Origin: Pedosphaera sp.
Lineage (GTDB): Bacteria; Verrucomicrobiota; Verrucomicrobiia; Limisphaerales; DSYF01
NCBI GenBank assembly: GCA_017853715.1
Contig: JAFMIZ010000001.1
Location: forward strand, 14,679-78,678
Direction of reading: 5' to 3'
DNA: 64,000 bases
Under the pieces are notes generated by a model. It searched no databases and was not told the origin of the DNA. It saw only the letters and a list, made by a program, of their open reading frames with translations. This document shows positions 32,763-41,570 of this stretch, one piece after another (within the stretch, counting starts at the first letter, position 1; every line of letters starts with the position of its first letter). Both the position numbers and the translations under genes were made by a program.

Positions 32763-33680
32763 ATGATCCCCCGCGAGATACTCAAAAAGATTCGGCAGAT
32801 CGAGATTCGCACGAACCGCATCGTGACCGAAATGCTCGCGGGCCAATATCATTCCGTCTTCAAGGGCCAGGGCATGAATTTCGACGAGGTGCGCGAATAC
32901 CAACCGGGGGACGAGGTGCGGTCGATTGATTGGAACGTAACCGCGCGGATGAACCATCCGTTCGTGAAAAAGTTTGTCGAGGAACGCGAACTTACGCTCA
33001 TGCTGGTGGTGGACGTCAGCGGTTCAGGCCGCTTCGGCTCCCAAGCGCAGTCCAAGCGTGAGCTCGCCGCCGAGATCGCCTCGGTGCTCGCCTTCTCCGC
33101 CATCCGCAACAACGACAAGGCAGGCCTCGTTCTCTTCAGCGACGAAGTGGAGAAGTTCATCCCCCCCCGGAAAGGCCGCAAGCACGTGCTCCGCCTCATC
33201 CGCGAGGTGTTGTTCTTCGAGCCCCGGCGGCGCGGGACAGATCTACCGGGCGCGTTGGACTTCGCGAACCGGATGCTCGCGCATAAAGCCATCATGGTAT
33301 TGGTCTCAGACTTCCTTTCGACCTCGGCTGCCACCCCAACGGCATCGGAGAAGCGCGGTTTCCAAACCGCCATCAAACAGGCCAACCGCCGCCATGATTT
33401 GGTAGCGGTGCAGGTGGCCGATCGATTTGAACTGGAACTCCCGGACTTAGGCCGGCTGGTTTTAGAAGATGCGGAGTCGGGTGAGGTGGTTGAAATCAAC
33501 AGCGGCAACGATGCCACACGCAACGCTTTTGCCCTGCGTCAGTGGAAAAGCCAGGAGGAATTGGCCCGCATGTTCCGCTCCGCCAACGTCGATGCCATCC
33601 AGTTGCGAACCGATGAACCTTATGGTGCGGCACTCGGACGATTTTTTGAGACCCGGGAAAGGCGGAGGCTGCGAGGATGA
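32763..33680 (+). CDS. DUF58 domain protein (MoxR-associated, VWA-like)
   Basis: G(Q)GMNFDEVREYQPGDEVRSIDWNVTAR block followed by LVVDVSGS. Sits in the canonical position after MoxR. Confidence 0.88.
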   Translation: MIPREILKKIRQIEIRTNRIVTEMLAGQYHSVFKGQGMNFDEVREYQPGDEVRSIDWNVTARMNHPFVKKFVEERELTLMLVVDVSGSGRFGSQAQSKRELAAEIASVLAFSAIRNNDKAGLVLFSDEVEKFIPPRKGRKHVLRLIREVLFFEPRRRGTDLPGALDFANRMLAHKAIMVLVSDFLSTSAATPTASEKRGFQTAIKQANRRHDLVAVQVADRFELELPDLGRLVLEDAESGEVVEINSGNDATRNAFALRQWKSQEELARMFRSANVDAIQLRTDEPYGAALGRFFETRERRRLRG

Positions 33681-33848
33681 GTGTGGAATTGCCCTTAGAC
33701 GTCCACCATCACCCATTGGCAGGGACGGCGCGCTGCGCCGCCCACGCCACTGAACGGAGCGTCAGGTGGCGCAGCGAGGCAAATGGGCAACATCACACCC
33801 AATTCCGTCGCCTAACGCTGCGCCCGGCGACGGGGTCAACGCGGCGCG

Positions 33849-34457
33849 ATGTCCCTGCCCCAGCTAGCTGACATGGCTGCAACCGCAACAACGCATCCGA
33901 CCAGCACGACGACCAACGTCGTGCTTGATGGTTTGCGCGACATCAAGGGTCCGGTCCCAATCCCAACGGGCTGGGAATGGCTTTGGTGGACCCTTGGCGC
34001 ACTGTTGCTCATTGCGCTGCTGCTGGGTCTGGCAAGGTTGATCTTTCAGCGGCGCAAGTTTGTCGCTGCGCCCCCCACCATCCCCGCGCATATCGTCGCC
34101 AAGCAGCGACTGGCCGATGCACTGGCGTTGATCAGTGAACCCAAGCCATTCGTCACTGCCGTTTCCGACACACTGCGCTGGTATCTCGAGCAGCGGTTCA
34201 GCTTTCACGCGCCGGAGCGCACCACCGAGGAATTCCTGCGTGAGTTGAACAAGACCGAACTGCTTTCGCGCGATCAGAAGGAGAGCTTGGGCGAATTCCT
34301 GCAACGCTGCGACCTCGTCAAGTTTGCGAAGCATGAACCTGCCGAGGAGGAGCTGCGTCACCTGCATCGGGCCGCACTGCAGCTCATCGAGGAAACTGAG
34401 CCACAGCCGGAGCCCGACGCGAAGGCCAGGCAACCTGAAAATCCCCGTCGCCCATGA
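33849..34457 (+). CDS. DUF4381-like membrane protein of the Bat/MoxR operon
   Basis: Single TM (WEWLWWTLGALLLIALLLGLARLIF) followed by a helical domain. Its stop overlaps the batA start (ATGA). The start could be 33849 or 33873. Confidence 0.7.
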   Translation: MSLPQLADMAATATTHPTSTTTNVVLDGLRDIKGPVPIPTGWEWLWWTLGALLLIALLLGLARLIFQRRKFVAAPPTIPAHIVAKQRLADALALISEPKPFVTAVSDTLRWYLEQRFSFHAPERTTEEFLRELNKTELLSRDQKESLGEFLQRCDLVKFAKHEPAEEELRHLHRAALQLIEETEPQPEPDAKARQPENPRRP

Positions 34458-35452
34458 TTTTCACCTTTGCCTATCCCTATCTCCTTTTGCTGCTGCTCCT
34501 GCTGCCGGCGCTCGCGTGGCTCAAGGGCAAACAGGGACGACCCGCGGCATTCATGTATTCCTCCACGCAACTTGTCGCTGGTGTATCCAGCAAGACCCGC
34601 TCGCGCGCAGGCAAGTTTCTGGCCGCGCTGCGCTGGCTGGCGTTGATCATGTTCATTATCGCACTCGCGCAACCACGTTTCACCCGCAGCGAAGCGACCA
34701 TTCGCGCCAGCGGCGTGGATATCGTCGTGGCCATCGATCTGTCCGGAAGCATGGAGTCGGAGGACTTCGAACTGAGCGGCGAACGAGTCAACCGACTGAC
34801 GATGGCCAAGAGCGTGTTGAAGAAGTTCGTGGAGAAGCGGCCTAACGACCGAATCGGGCTCGTTGCATTCGCCGGCAAAGCCTACATCGCCTGCCCTCTG
34901 ACGCTGGACCACGATTTCCTGGAGCAGAACATTGACCGTTTGATGCTTCACCAGATCGAAGACGGCACCGCGATTGGATCCGGGCTCAGTGGCGCGGCCA
35001 ACCGGCTAAGAGATTTGAAGGCCAAGAGCAAGATCGTCATCCTGATGACCGACGGTCAGAACAACGCGGGCAAGATTTCGCCGCTGACGGCTGCCGAAGC
35101 TGCAAAGGCACTGGGTGTGAAGGTTTATACCATCGGGATTGGCACGCGCGGCCAGGCCCCGATGCCGGTGAATGTTTTCGGGCAAAAGCGTTATCAGATG
35201 GTGCAAGTGGACATCGATGAGGAAACCTTGACCAAGATCGCCACGGAAACCGGCGGAAAATATTACCGTGCCGATAATGCCGAGCGGTTCAAGGACATTT
35301 ACGACGAGATAGATCAGCTGGAGAAAACCGAAGTGGACGTGAAGAAATTCACCGAGCATCGCGAACTGTTCCAAATCGTCGTCGCCTTCGGATTGGCAGT
35401 ATTGCTGGCCGAACTGGGGTTGAAACACACCGTGATGAGGAGGCTGCCATGA
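34454..35452 (+). CDS. batA: VWA-domain membrane protein BatA
   Basis: N-terminal TM, VWA MIDAS block VVAIDLSGSM, and a C-terminal TM. 332 aa. There are 4-nt overlaps with both neighbours. Confidence 0.88.
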   Translation: MIFTFAYPYLLLLLLLLPALAWLKGKQGRPAAFMYSSTQLVAGVSSKTRSRAGKFLAALRWLALIMFIIALAQPRFTRSEATIRASGVDIVVAIDLSGSMESEDFELSGERVNRLTMAKSVLKKFVEKRPNDRIGLVAFAGKAYIACPLTLDHDFLEQNIDRLMLHQIEDGTAIGSGLSGAANRLRDLKAKSKIVILMTDGQNNAGKISPLTAAEAAKALGVKVYTIGIGTRGQAPMPVNVFGQKRYQMVQVDIDEETLTKIATETGGKYYRADNAERFKDIYDEIDQLEKTEVDVKKFTEHRELFQIVVAFGLAVLLAELGLKHTVMRRLP

Positions 35453-37116
35453 GATTCGCCAACCCGCATCTGCTTTGGTTGCTGCTGGTGATTCTGCCCG
35501 CGTTGCTGGCATTCCTTTGGTGGGCGACCCGAAAGCGCCAGAAGTTGCTGATGAAATTCATCCAGGCGCGATTGCTGCCCGACCTGACGGTGGGCATTTC
35601 GCCCGCACGGGAGCAATGGCGAATCGTACTGATATTTTGCGCGGTTGCAGGACTACTTGTTGCCCTGGCACGCCCACAATGGGGCTTTTCGTGGCAAGAG
35701 GCCAAGCAGAAGGGATTGGATGTTATCGTGGCGATCGACACGTCAAAATCCATGCTGGCGGAGGACGTCGCGCCCAACCGGCTGACGCGAGCCAAGCTGG
35801 CGGCGATTGACCTGATGCAGACCGCAAAGTCTGACCGGCTCGGTTTAGTGGCGTTCGCGGGAGGCGCGTTTCTCCAATGTCCATTGACCATTGACGATGC
35901 CGCCTTCCGCCAGAGTGTGGAGATCCTGGACGTGGATACCCTGCCTCAGGGCGGGACTTCGTTGGCGGAGGCGATTGCCACGGCACAATCCGCTTTCAAG
36001 CAAGGCGATGGCTACAAAGTGCTCGTGCTATTCACTGATGGCGAAGACCACGACTCCAACGCAGTTGAAGCAGCACGCAAAGCCTCGGAAGCTGGGATGC
36101 GTATCTTCACCATCGGCATCGGCTCGCCGGAGGGTGAACTGCTGCGCGTTCGCGATGCCAAGGGCCGCGTGGATTACGTCCGGGATGATGCCGGCAACGT
36201 GGTCAAATCCCGGTTGAACGAGGAAATACTCAAGCAGGTCGCCGCGGCAGGAAATGGATTCTACTTGCCCATGCGCGGAGCCAAGGTGGTCGAGACGCTC
36301 TACAAGAACGGTCTGGAGCCTCTGCCCAAGTCAGAGTCCGACGCCAAGCTCTACAAACGCTATCACGAGCGCTACCACTGGCCGCTGGCCGTGGCGCTAG
36401 TGCTGCTGGCGATAGAGGTATTGTTGCCCAATCGGGCCAAGCAGAAGCCAACTCCCCAGGCTAAGGCACCACAAAGCGCAACGGCGGCAACCGCTGCGCT
36501 TTTGCTGGCTTTACTCCTGCCCGCAACGGCACAGGCCTCGCCCCGCTCTGCGATGAAAGAGTATCGCTCGGGAAAATTCGTCGAGGCGCAGAAAGAGTTT
36601 GAGCGGCTTGCCGAGGCTGACAAGAAGAGCGACCTGCGGCTGGCGTTCAACGCAGGCACAGCAGCGTATCAGGCCACGAACCACGGCATTGCCATCAGCC
36701 ATTTCAACAAGGTGCTGGCGTCGCAGGAGGTGAAACTCCAGCAAGCCGCCTGTTTCAACCTCGGCAACTGCAATTTTCGACTCGGTCAGGAGGCGGAGGA
36801 CATCGACGGAATGGAAGCGAAGTGGAAAACCGCGCTGAAGTTTTTTGAGAACGCCACCAAGATGGATCCCGCCGACCAGGACGCCGCGCATAACTATGCG
36901 TTCACGCAGCGTTGCATCGAGCAGATCGCCGCACTGCGTGAAGCGGCCCGACAGGCTAAGGCCGCCGCAGATTCCGCCGCGAGACAGCGTCAGTATCATC
37001 AGGCGCTCCAGATCATGGAGCAGTTGTTACAGAATAATCCCACAGCCAAGCCGTTTGAGGACTTCGTCAAGAAACTGAAGGAGATTGATGACATCGCCAC
37101 GCCACAAAATCCATAA
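35449..37116 (+). CDS. batB: VWA-domain protein BatB fused to a C-terminal TPR (BatC-like) region
   Basis: VWA MIDAS block IVAIDTSKSM, a central TM, then TPR-like helices (AFNAGTAAYQATNHGIAISHFNKVL...). 555 aa. Confidence 0.85.
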   Translation: MRFANPHLLWLLLVILPALLAFLWWATRKRQKLLMKFIQARLLPDLTVGISPAREQWRIVLIFCAVAGLLVALARPQWGFSWQEAKQKGLDVIVAIDTSKSMLAEDVAPNRLTRAKLAAIDLMQTAKSDRLGLVAFAGGAFLQCPLTIDDAAFRQSVEILDVDTLPQGGTSLAEAIATAQSAFKQGDGYKVLVLFTDGEDHDSNAVEAARKASEAGMRIFTIGIGSPEGELLRVRDAKGRVDYVRDDAGNVVKSRLNEEILKQVAAAGNGFYLPMRGAKVVETLYKNGLEPLPKSESDAKLYKRYHERYHWPLAVALVLLAIEVLLPNRAKQKPTPQAKAPQSATAATAALLLALLLPATAQASPRSAMKEYRSGKFVEAQKEFERLAEADKKSDLRLAFNAGTAAYQATNHGIAISHFNKVLASQEVKLQQAACFNLGNCNFRLGQEAEDIDGMEAKWKTALKFFENATKMDPADQDAAHNYAFTQRCIEQIAALREAARQAKAAADSAARQRQYHQALQIMEQLLQNNPTAKPFEDFVKKLKEIDDIATPQNP

Positions 37117-37648
37117 GCGATTCGCGTTCCTGCTGATCTCGATGCTGATCAGCAGTGCGTCAGCCTTCGACATGACCAAGTCGGCGGATGACTATTTCCA
37201 CGGCGGGGCGATGTACTATCTCTCGAACAACATTCCGGCTGCCCTTGGCGTGGTTACAAACGGACTCAATCAGTATCCCGACAGTGAAAAGCTCCAAAAG
37301 TTGGAAGCCCTGTTGAAGCAACAACAGCAGAATCAACAGGAGCAGCAACAGCAAGATCAGCAAAAGGAGCAGCAGGACCAACCACAGCAGAACCAAGATC
37401 AGCAAAACCAGCAACAGCAGCCGGACCCACAGAAGGAACAACCGCCAAAGGACCAGTCAGCCCAGCAGAACTCCGGCAAGCCAGAAGAGCAACAGAATGC
37501 CCAAGCCCAGCAAAGTGCCGCCGAGCAGCAACAGGAAATGACTCCTGAACAAGCCTTACGGCTGCTGGACTCGACCAAGGGTGAGGAAGCCGTGCTGCCC
37601 ATCCAAAAGGCGCAGCCGCCTGCGAACCGCCCCTTCAAGGACTGGTGA
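37085..37648 (+). CDS. Secreted Gln-rich low-complexity protein (BatC-tail-like), last gene of the Bat-like operon
   Basis: Signal peptide (FAFLLISMLISSASA), one TPR-like helix pair, a stretch of about 70 aa rich in Q/E/N/D, and a conserved-looking end LRLLDSTKGEE...PFKDW. Overlaps batB by 32 nt. Confidence 0.6.
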   Translation: MMTSPRHKIHKRFAFLLISMLISSASAFDMTKSADDYFHGGAMYYLSNNIPAALGVVTNGLNQYPDSEKLQKLEALLKQQQQNQQEQQQQDQQKEQQDQPQQNQDQQNQQQQPDPQKEQPPKDQSAQQNSGKPEEQQNAQAQQSAAEQQQEMTPEQALRLLDSTKGEEAVLPIQKAQPPANRPFKDW

Positions 37649-37674
37649 GCAACAACACATTTTGACAAAGCAAA

Positions 37675-37697
37675 AGGGCAGGCTTAACGCCTGCCCT
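37675..37697 (-). terminator. Intrinsic terminator between the Bat-like operon and rplI (mainly serves rplI)
   Basis: Perfect 9-bp stem AGGGCAGGC / GCCTGCCCT with a 5-nt loop. The minus-strand RNA follows with TTTGCTTTG. A short T run also follows on the plus strand. Confidence 0.7.
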
Positions 37698-37721
37698 CAC
37701 TGCCTTTAAGGACCGAAAAAA

Positions 37722-38270
37722 CTACTCAGCTTTGGCCGTGCGCGGCTTGCGAGCACGACGGTCACCTTTGGCATCAACCTTCTTGGCTTCGGGCTCGGGA
37801 GCGGGCGGGAGAGGATTGCTGCTCTCGACCTTGACCTTGAGCGTGCCCTTCACGTCCGCATGGAGGTTGAGCTCCACTTCATGTTCGCCCAGCGCCTTGA
37901 GACCGTGGTCGGTGTGAATCTTCCGCTTATCAAGAACGATGTCGAACTGGTGCTTCAGTTCGTCCGCGATCATGCCGTTGGTGACATGTCCGAACATCTT
38001 GCCGTCCTCACCGGTCTTGACCTTGATGACGAGCACCAGCTTCTGGAGGCTCTTGGAAAGCTCGGTCATGGTGTTGAGCTCATGCGCCTCGCGCTCGGCA
38101 CGACGCTGACGGAGCGATTCGAGACGGCGCTTGTTGCCAGCGCTCACCGGAATCGCCAGCCCTTGCGGAATGAGATAGTTGCGCGCGTAACCTGCCGCCA
38201 CCTTCACCTGGTCAGACTCGCCACCGAGCCCAACGATGTTCTGAACGAGAATAACTTCTGTCTTGGCCAT
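37722..38270 (-). CDS. rplI: 50S ribosomal protein L9 with a C-terminal basic extension
   Basis: MAKTEVILVQNIVGLGGESDQVKVAAGYARNYLIPQGLA. 182 aa. Confidence 0.92.
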   Translation of the reverse strand: MAKTEVILVQNIVGLGGESDQVKVAAGYARNYLIPQGLAIPVSAGNKRRLESLRQRRAEREAHELNTMTELSKSLQKLVLVIKVKTGEDGKMFGHVTNGMIADELKHQFDIVLDKRKIHTDHGLKALGEHEVELNLHADVKGTLKVKVESSNPLPPAPEPEAKKVDAKGDRRARKPRTAKAE

Positions 38271-38310
38271 AAACTTAAATCTTAGTCGTTAAATTGAATT
38301 CACACTGTCA

Positions 38311-38769
38311 TCAAAACGGAACGTCGTCGCTCTCTGGAGGAGCGTCGCCTTCAAGCGGTTCACCCGCTGGAGCTGCTGCCGCCGGGCGTTGACGGGCCGC
38401 AGGAGCAGGAGCTCCACCTCCCTCACCCCCACCTTGAGCGCTGCCGAGGAACTGCACCGTCTCAGCGACCACGCCGAGCTTGCTGCGTTTCTGACCGGTT
38501 TGCTTGTCATCCCACTGGTCGAGACGGAGACGGCCCTCGATCATGATCGGACGGCCCTTGCGCATGTATTGACCGACGTTTTCTGCCGTGCGGCCGAAGA
38601 CATCCACGTCAATAAAAGTCACTTCCTCCTTCTTCTCACCGCTCTCGTTGGTCCAGACGCGGTTGACCGCGATGCCGATTTTCGCAATGGCCGTGCCCTT
38701 GGGCGTGTAGCGCAATTCAGGATCGCGCGTCAGATTCCCAATCAGGATGACTTTGTTGAAGCTGGCCAT
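38311..38769 (-). CDS. ssb: Single-stranded DNA-binding protein
   Basis: OB-fold N-terminus NKVILIGNLTRDPELRYTPKG, a Gly/Pro/Ala-rich linker, and the acidic tip DDVPF. Confidence 0.92.
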   Translation of the reverse strand: MASFNKVILIGNLTRDPELRYTPKGTAIAKIGIAVNRVWTNESGEKKEEVTFIDVDVFGRTAENVGQYMRKGRPIMIEGRLRLDQWDDKQTGQKRSKLGVVAETVQFLGSAQGGGEGGGAPAPAARQRPAAAAPAGEPLEGDAPPESDDVPF

Positions 38770-38784
38770 GGCCCTGGCTCTCCT

Positions 38785-39093
38785 TTACTTCGCCGCCGCA
38801 GGAGCGGTAGCTTCGGTGAACAGCGCGCGAAACACGTCCTCGTTCAACGCGAAATGGCTCTGGAGCTTGCGGAGGGTTTCGGAGCCGGCTTCAAAAATGA
38901 AGTTCACGTAGAACCCCTCTTTGAGCTTGTTGTCATCCGCCTGACGCGAGAAGGTGCGCTTCTCCATCTTCTGGACGGTTTCGACTTTGGCGCCCAGCGA
39001 GGAGATCTCAGCCTTGAGCTTGTCAACGATGTCGCTGACGCCCTCTTCCTTGCCGGCGGTATTCAGAATAAACAGACCTTCGTAACGTTTCAC
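38785..39093 (-). CDS. rpsF: 30S ribosomal protein S6
   Basis: MKRYEGLFILNT ... GFYVNFIFEA. 102 aa. Lies upstream of ssb, as in the common S6 operon. Confidence 0.88.
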   Translation of the reverse strand: MKRYEGLFILNTAGKEEGVSDIVDKLKAEISSLGAKVETVQKMEKRTFSRQADDNKLKEGFYVNFIFEAGSETLRKLQSHFALNEDVFRALFTEATAPAAAK

Positions 39094-39701
39094 TGCGCTT
39101 TTCCTTCGTTGTTGGAACCGGCAACGGTTCCGTTAAATTTGTTCATCGCCTTGCTGATGCCTTCAGCTACCCAGCATTCCATCTGGTCGGCGACCCGTCT
39201 CAAAACTTCATCCAAGGTTTCAGCCTCATCGGCTGAAAACTTTCCCAGCACGTGGCCAGTGATTTCCCGGCGCTCATCTTTCCGTCCGATTCCAATCCGC
39301 AATCGCGGGAACATCCTCGTGCCCAGATGCTGCTCGATGGACTCCAATCCATGATGCCCACCCGTGCCACCGTGAGGCCGCATCCGCACTTCCCCCAGCG
39401 GCAAATCCGCATCATCCACCACCACCAGACAGGATTCAGGCGTGACCCGGTAAAACTTGGCCAGCGCTCCGACTGCTTCCCCGCTGGCGTTCATGAACGT
39501 CTGCGGCTTGCAGAGCAAGACATCGCCGTGCTTGCCCCCACTCCAGCGAGCGACTTCGGACTCAAACTTCCGATCGCCCTTCCAACTGGCTCCGACCCGT
39601 GTCGCCAATTGCTCCACCGCAAGAAAGCCTGCGTTGTGACGCGTGGCGGCGTATTCCCTGCCGGGATTCCCCAATCCCACGATGATTCGGAGACTGTCCA
39701 T
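39090..39701 (-). CDS. pth: Peptidyl-tRNA hydrolase
   Basis: LRIIVGLGNPGREYAATRHNAGF and GGHHGL(E)SI blocks. The Met at 39701 (MDSLRIIVGLGNPG) is preferred over the ORF-track start at 39743. The stop overlaps the rpsF start. Confidence 0.9.
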   Translation of the reverse strand: MDSLRIIVGLGNPGREYAATRHNAGFLAVEQLATRVGASWKGDRKFESEVARWSGGKHGDVLLCKPQTFMNASGEAVGALAKFYRVTPESCLVVVDDADLPLGEVRMRPHGGTGGHHGLESIEQHLGTRMFPRLRIGIGRKDERREITGHVLGKFSADEAETLDEVLRRVADQMECWVAEGISKAMNKFNGTVAGSNNEGKAQ

Positions 39702-39751
39702 CGGCGGGGAAACGGCCAGCTGGGTTTTGAACCCACTGGCCAATCACAAAA

Positions 39752-40474
39752 CTATTTCTTCTTTTCGGCTGCCGGGGCGGCCTTGGCCGGAGCGGCACCC
39801 TTCGCAGGGGCTGCCGTGGCAGCTGCCTCGTCCTTCTTTTCCTTGATCATGGCGACGTCGCCAGCAGCAGGTGCTGCAGCGTCCGCGGCCGGGGCAGGTT
39901 CTTCTTCCTTACGCGGCAGCGAGCAGGCAACCACAACGACATTCTTGTTGCCAACGACCTCGACGCCCGCAGGCAGAGGGAGTTCCCCCAAATGAATGGC
40001 GCGATCCACTTCGAGGCTGGAAACATCCACGAAGAGTTGCTCAGGCAAATCCTTCGGGAGAGCACGCACCTTGACCTTGAACATGACGTGCTCGAGCACG
40101 CCACCGCCGTTTTTCACACCAGCAGCTTCACCGGTGGTTTCGACGGGAACAGAGATGGTCACCTGCTCGGTTTCAGAGACTTCGTGGAAATCGATATGAA
40201 GAACCTTGCCGCTCAACGGATGGTGTTGAACTTCCTGCACGAGGGCGAGGCGCTTGGGCTTCGCGTCATCCTTGACCGTGAGGTCAACCAGCAGGTTTTC
40301 AGAGACGTGATGATGGAACATGTTTTCCAGTTCCTTCGCGTCCACCTGGAGGCTTTGAGGTTGCGCCTGCCGTCCGTAGATGACGGCGGGGATGCGGCCA
40401 GTGGCACGCAGTTGCTTGTTCGCGTTACGGCGGGTTTCAGCCCGCACCGAGGCATTAAGTGCTACAGATTTCAT
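39752..40474 (-). CDS. rplY: 50S ribosomal protein L25 / general stress protein Ctc, with an Ala/Lys-rich C-terminal tail
   Basis: RATGRIPAVIYG block, a two-domain Ctc form, 240 aa. Confidence 0.88.
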   Translation of the reverse strand: MKSVALNASVRAETRRNANKQLRATGRIPAVIYGRQAQPQSLQVDAKELENMFHHHVSENLLVDLTVKDDAKPKRLALVQEVQHHPLSGKVLHIDFHEVSETEQVTISVPVETTGEAAGVKNGGGVLEHVMFKVKVRALPKDLPEQLFVDVSSLEVDRAIHLGELPLPAGVEVVGNKNVVVVACSLPRKEEEPAPAADAAAPAAGDVAMIKEKKDEAAATAAPAKGAAPAKAAPAAEKKK

Positions 40475-40508
40475 TGTTTCAGCAATTCAAATACTCACCG
40501 TCTACCGC

Positions 40509-41453
40509 CTATGCGGGACGTCCATCTTTGAAAGCGAACAGCGAATTTACCGACTCATTGCGGTGAATACGCGTTATGGCTTCGCCCAACAAACCCGCCA
40601 CGGAAATCGTGGTTAGGTTTACCCCGTCAATTCGAGGGCGGAGTACGGTATCAGTGGTTATCAGTTCGTCAATGACTGATTTCTTCAATCTTTCGATGCC
40701 GATCGGGCTTAATACCGCATGCGAAACGCAGGCCAGAATCTTCTTGGCACCCTGCTTCTTGAGGAAATTCGAGGCGCTTACAAGCGTGCCGCACGTCTCC
40801 GTCAGATCGTCCACCAGCAAGCAGTTCTTGCCCGCGACATCGCCAATCAGGGCAACCGCCTCCACTTCCGTGGCGCTTTTGCGGGATTTGGCGACAATGG
40901 CCAGCCCACAATCCAGAAACTGCGAATAGGCATGGGCCATCTTGAGCCCACCGACGTCCGGACTGACAACCACAAGGTCAGGAATCTTCTTCCGCTTCAA
41001 ATAGCGGTAAATCTCGGGCGACGCGTAAAGGTGATCCACGGGGATGTCAAAAAAGCCCTGAATCTGCTGCGCGTGCAGGTCCATCGTCAGCACGCGATTT
41101 GTGCCAGCCGCCACGAGGAGATTCGCCACCAGCTTGGCGGTGATGGGCACACGCGGACGATCTTTGCGGTCCTGACGCGCGTAGCCGTAGAACGGCAGCA
41201 CGGCCGTGATGCGCTTAGCGCTGGCACGGCGCAACGCATCAATCATGATGAACAGCTCCATCAAATTGTGGTTGGTCGGGGGCGATGTGGGCTGAATCAC
41301 ATAAACGTCCTCCCCGCGGACATTCTCATCAATCTTGATGAATGTCTCGCCATCGGGAAACGGTTCAATGGTGCATTTGCCCAGAGGGACGCCGACTTTT
41401 TTGCAAATGGCCGTGGCCAATGGCTTATTTGCGGTGCCGCTGAAAATTTTCAC
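40509..41453 (-). CDS. prs: Ribose-phosphate pyrophosphokinase
   Basis: MKIFSGTAN..., VLPFYGYARQDRK, DLHAQQIQGFF, and the PRPP-binding loop VDDLTETCGT. Confidence 0.94.
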   Translation of the reverse strand: MKIFSGTANKPLATAICKKVGVPLGKCTIEPFPDGETFIKIDENVRGEDVYVIQPTSPPTNHNLMELFIMIDALRRASAKRITAVLPFYGYARQDRKDRPRVPITAKLVANLLVAAGTNRVLTMDLHAQQIQGFFDIPVDHLYASPEIYRYLKRKKIPDLVVVSPDVGGLKMAHAYSQFLDCGLAIVAKSRKSATEVEAVALIGDVAGKNCLLVDDLTETCGTLVSASNFLKKQGAKKILACVSHAVLSPIGIERLKKSVIDELITTDTVLRPRIDGVNLTTISVAGLLGEAITRIHRNESVNSLFAFKDGRPA

Positions 41454-41471
41454 TTAGTTGCCGCTTTGGGT

Positions 41472-41512
41472 TAAAAATAAAAAGGCTACCGAAACATGGT
41501 GGACTGTTTCGG
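41472..41512 (-). terminator. Probable intrinsic terminator after mnmA
   Basis: 8-bp stem CCGAAACA / TGTTTCGG (41489-41512). On the minus-strand RNA it is followed, after 5 nt, by TTTTTATTTTT. The spacer between stem and U tract lowers confidence. Confidence 0.45.
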
Positions 41513-41570
41513 ACTGACTCTAACAATCGGACTTTGCGTCGCAAGTTGAAACCCGCCCGGGCGCGATATT

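Noticed and set aside
33677-33871. 64-aa ORF filling the DUF58-DUF4381 spacer, starting with an ATGA overlap on the DUF58 stop.
   Set aside because: Its composition is Arg/His/Ala-rich and non-protein-like, and it overlaps the DUF4381 start. It is most likely a chance open frame in GC-rich spacer DNA.
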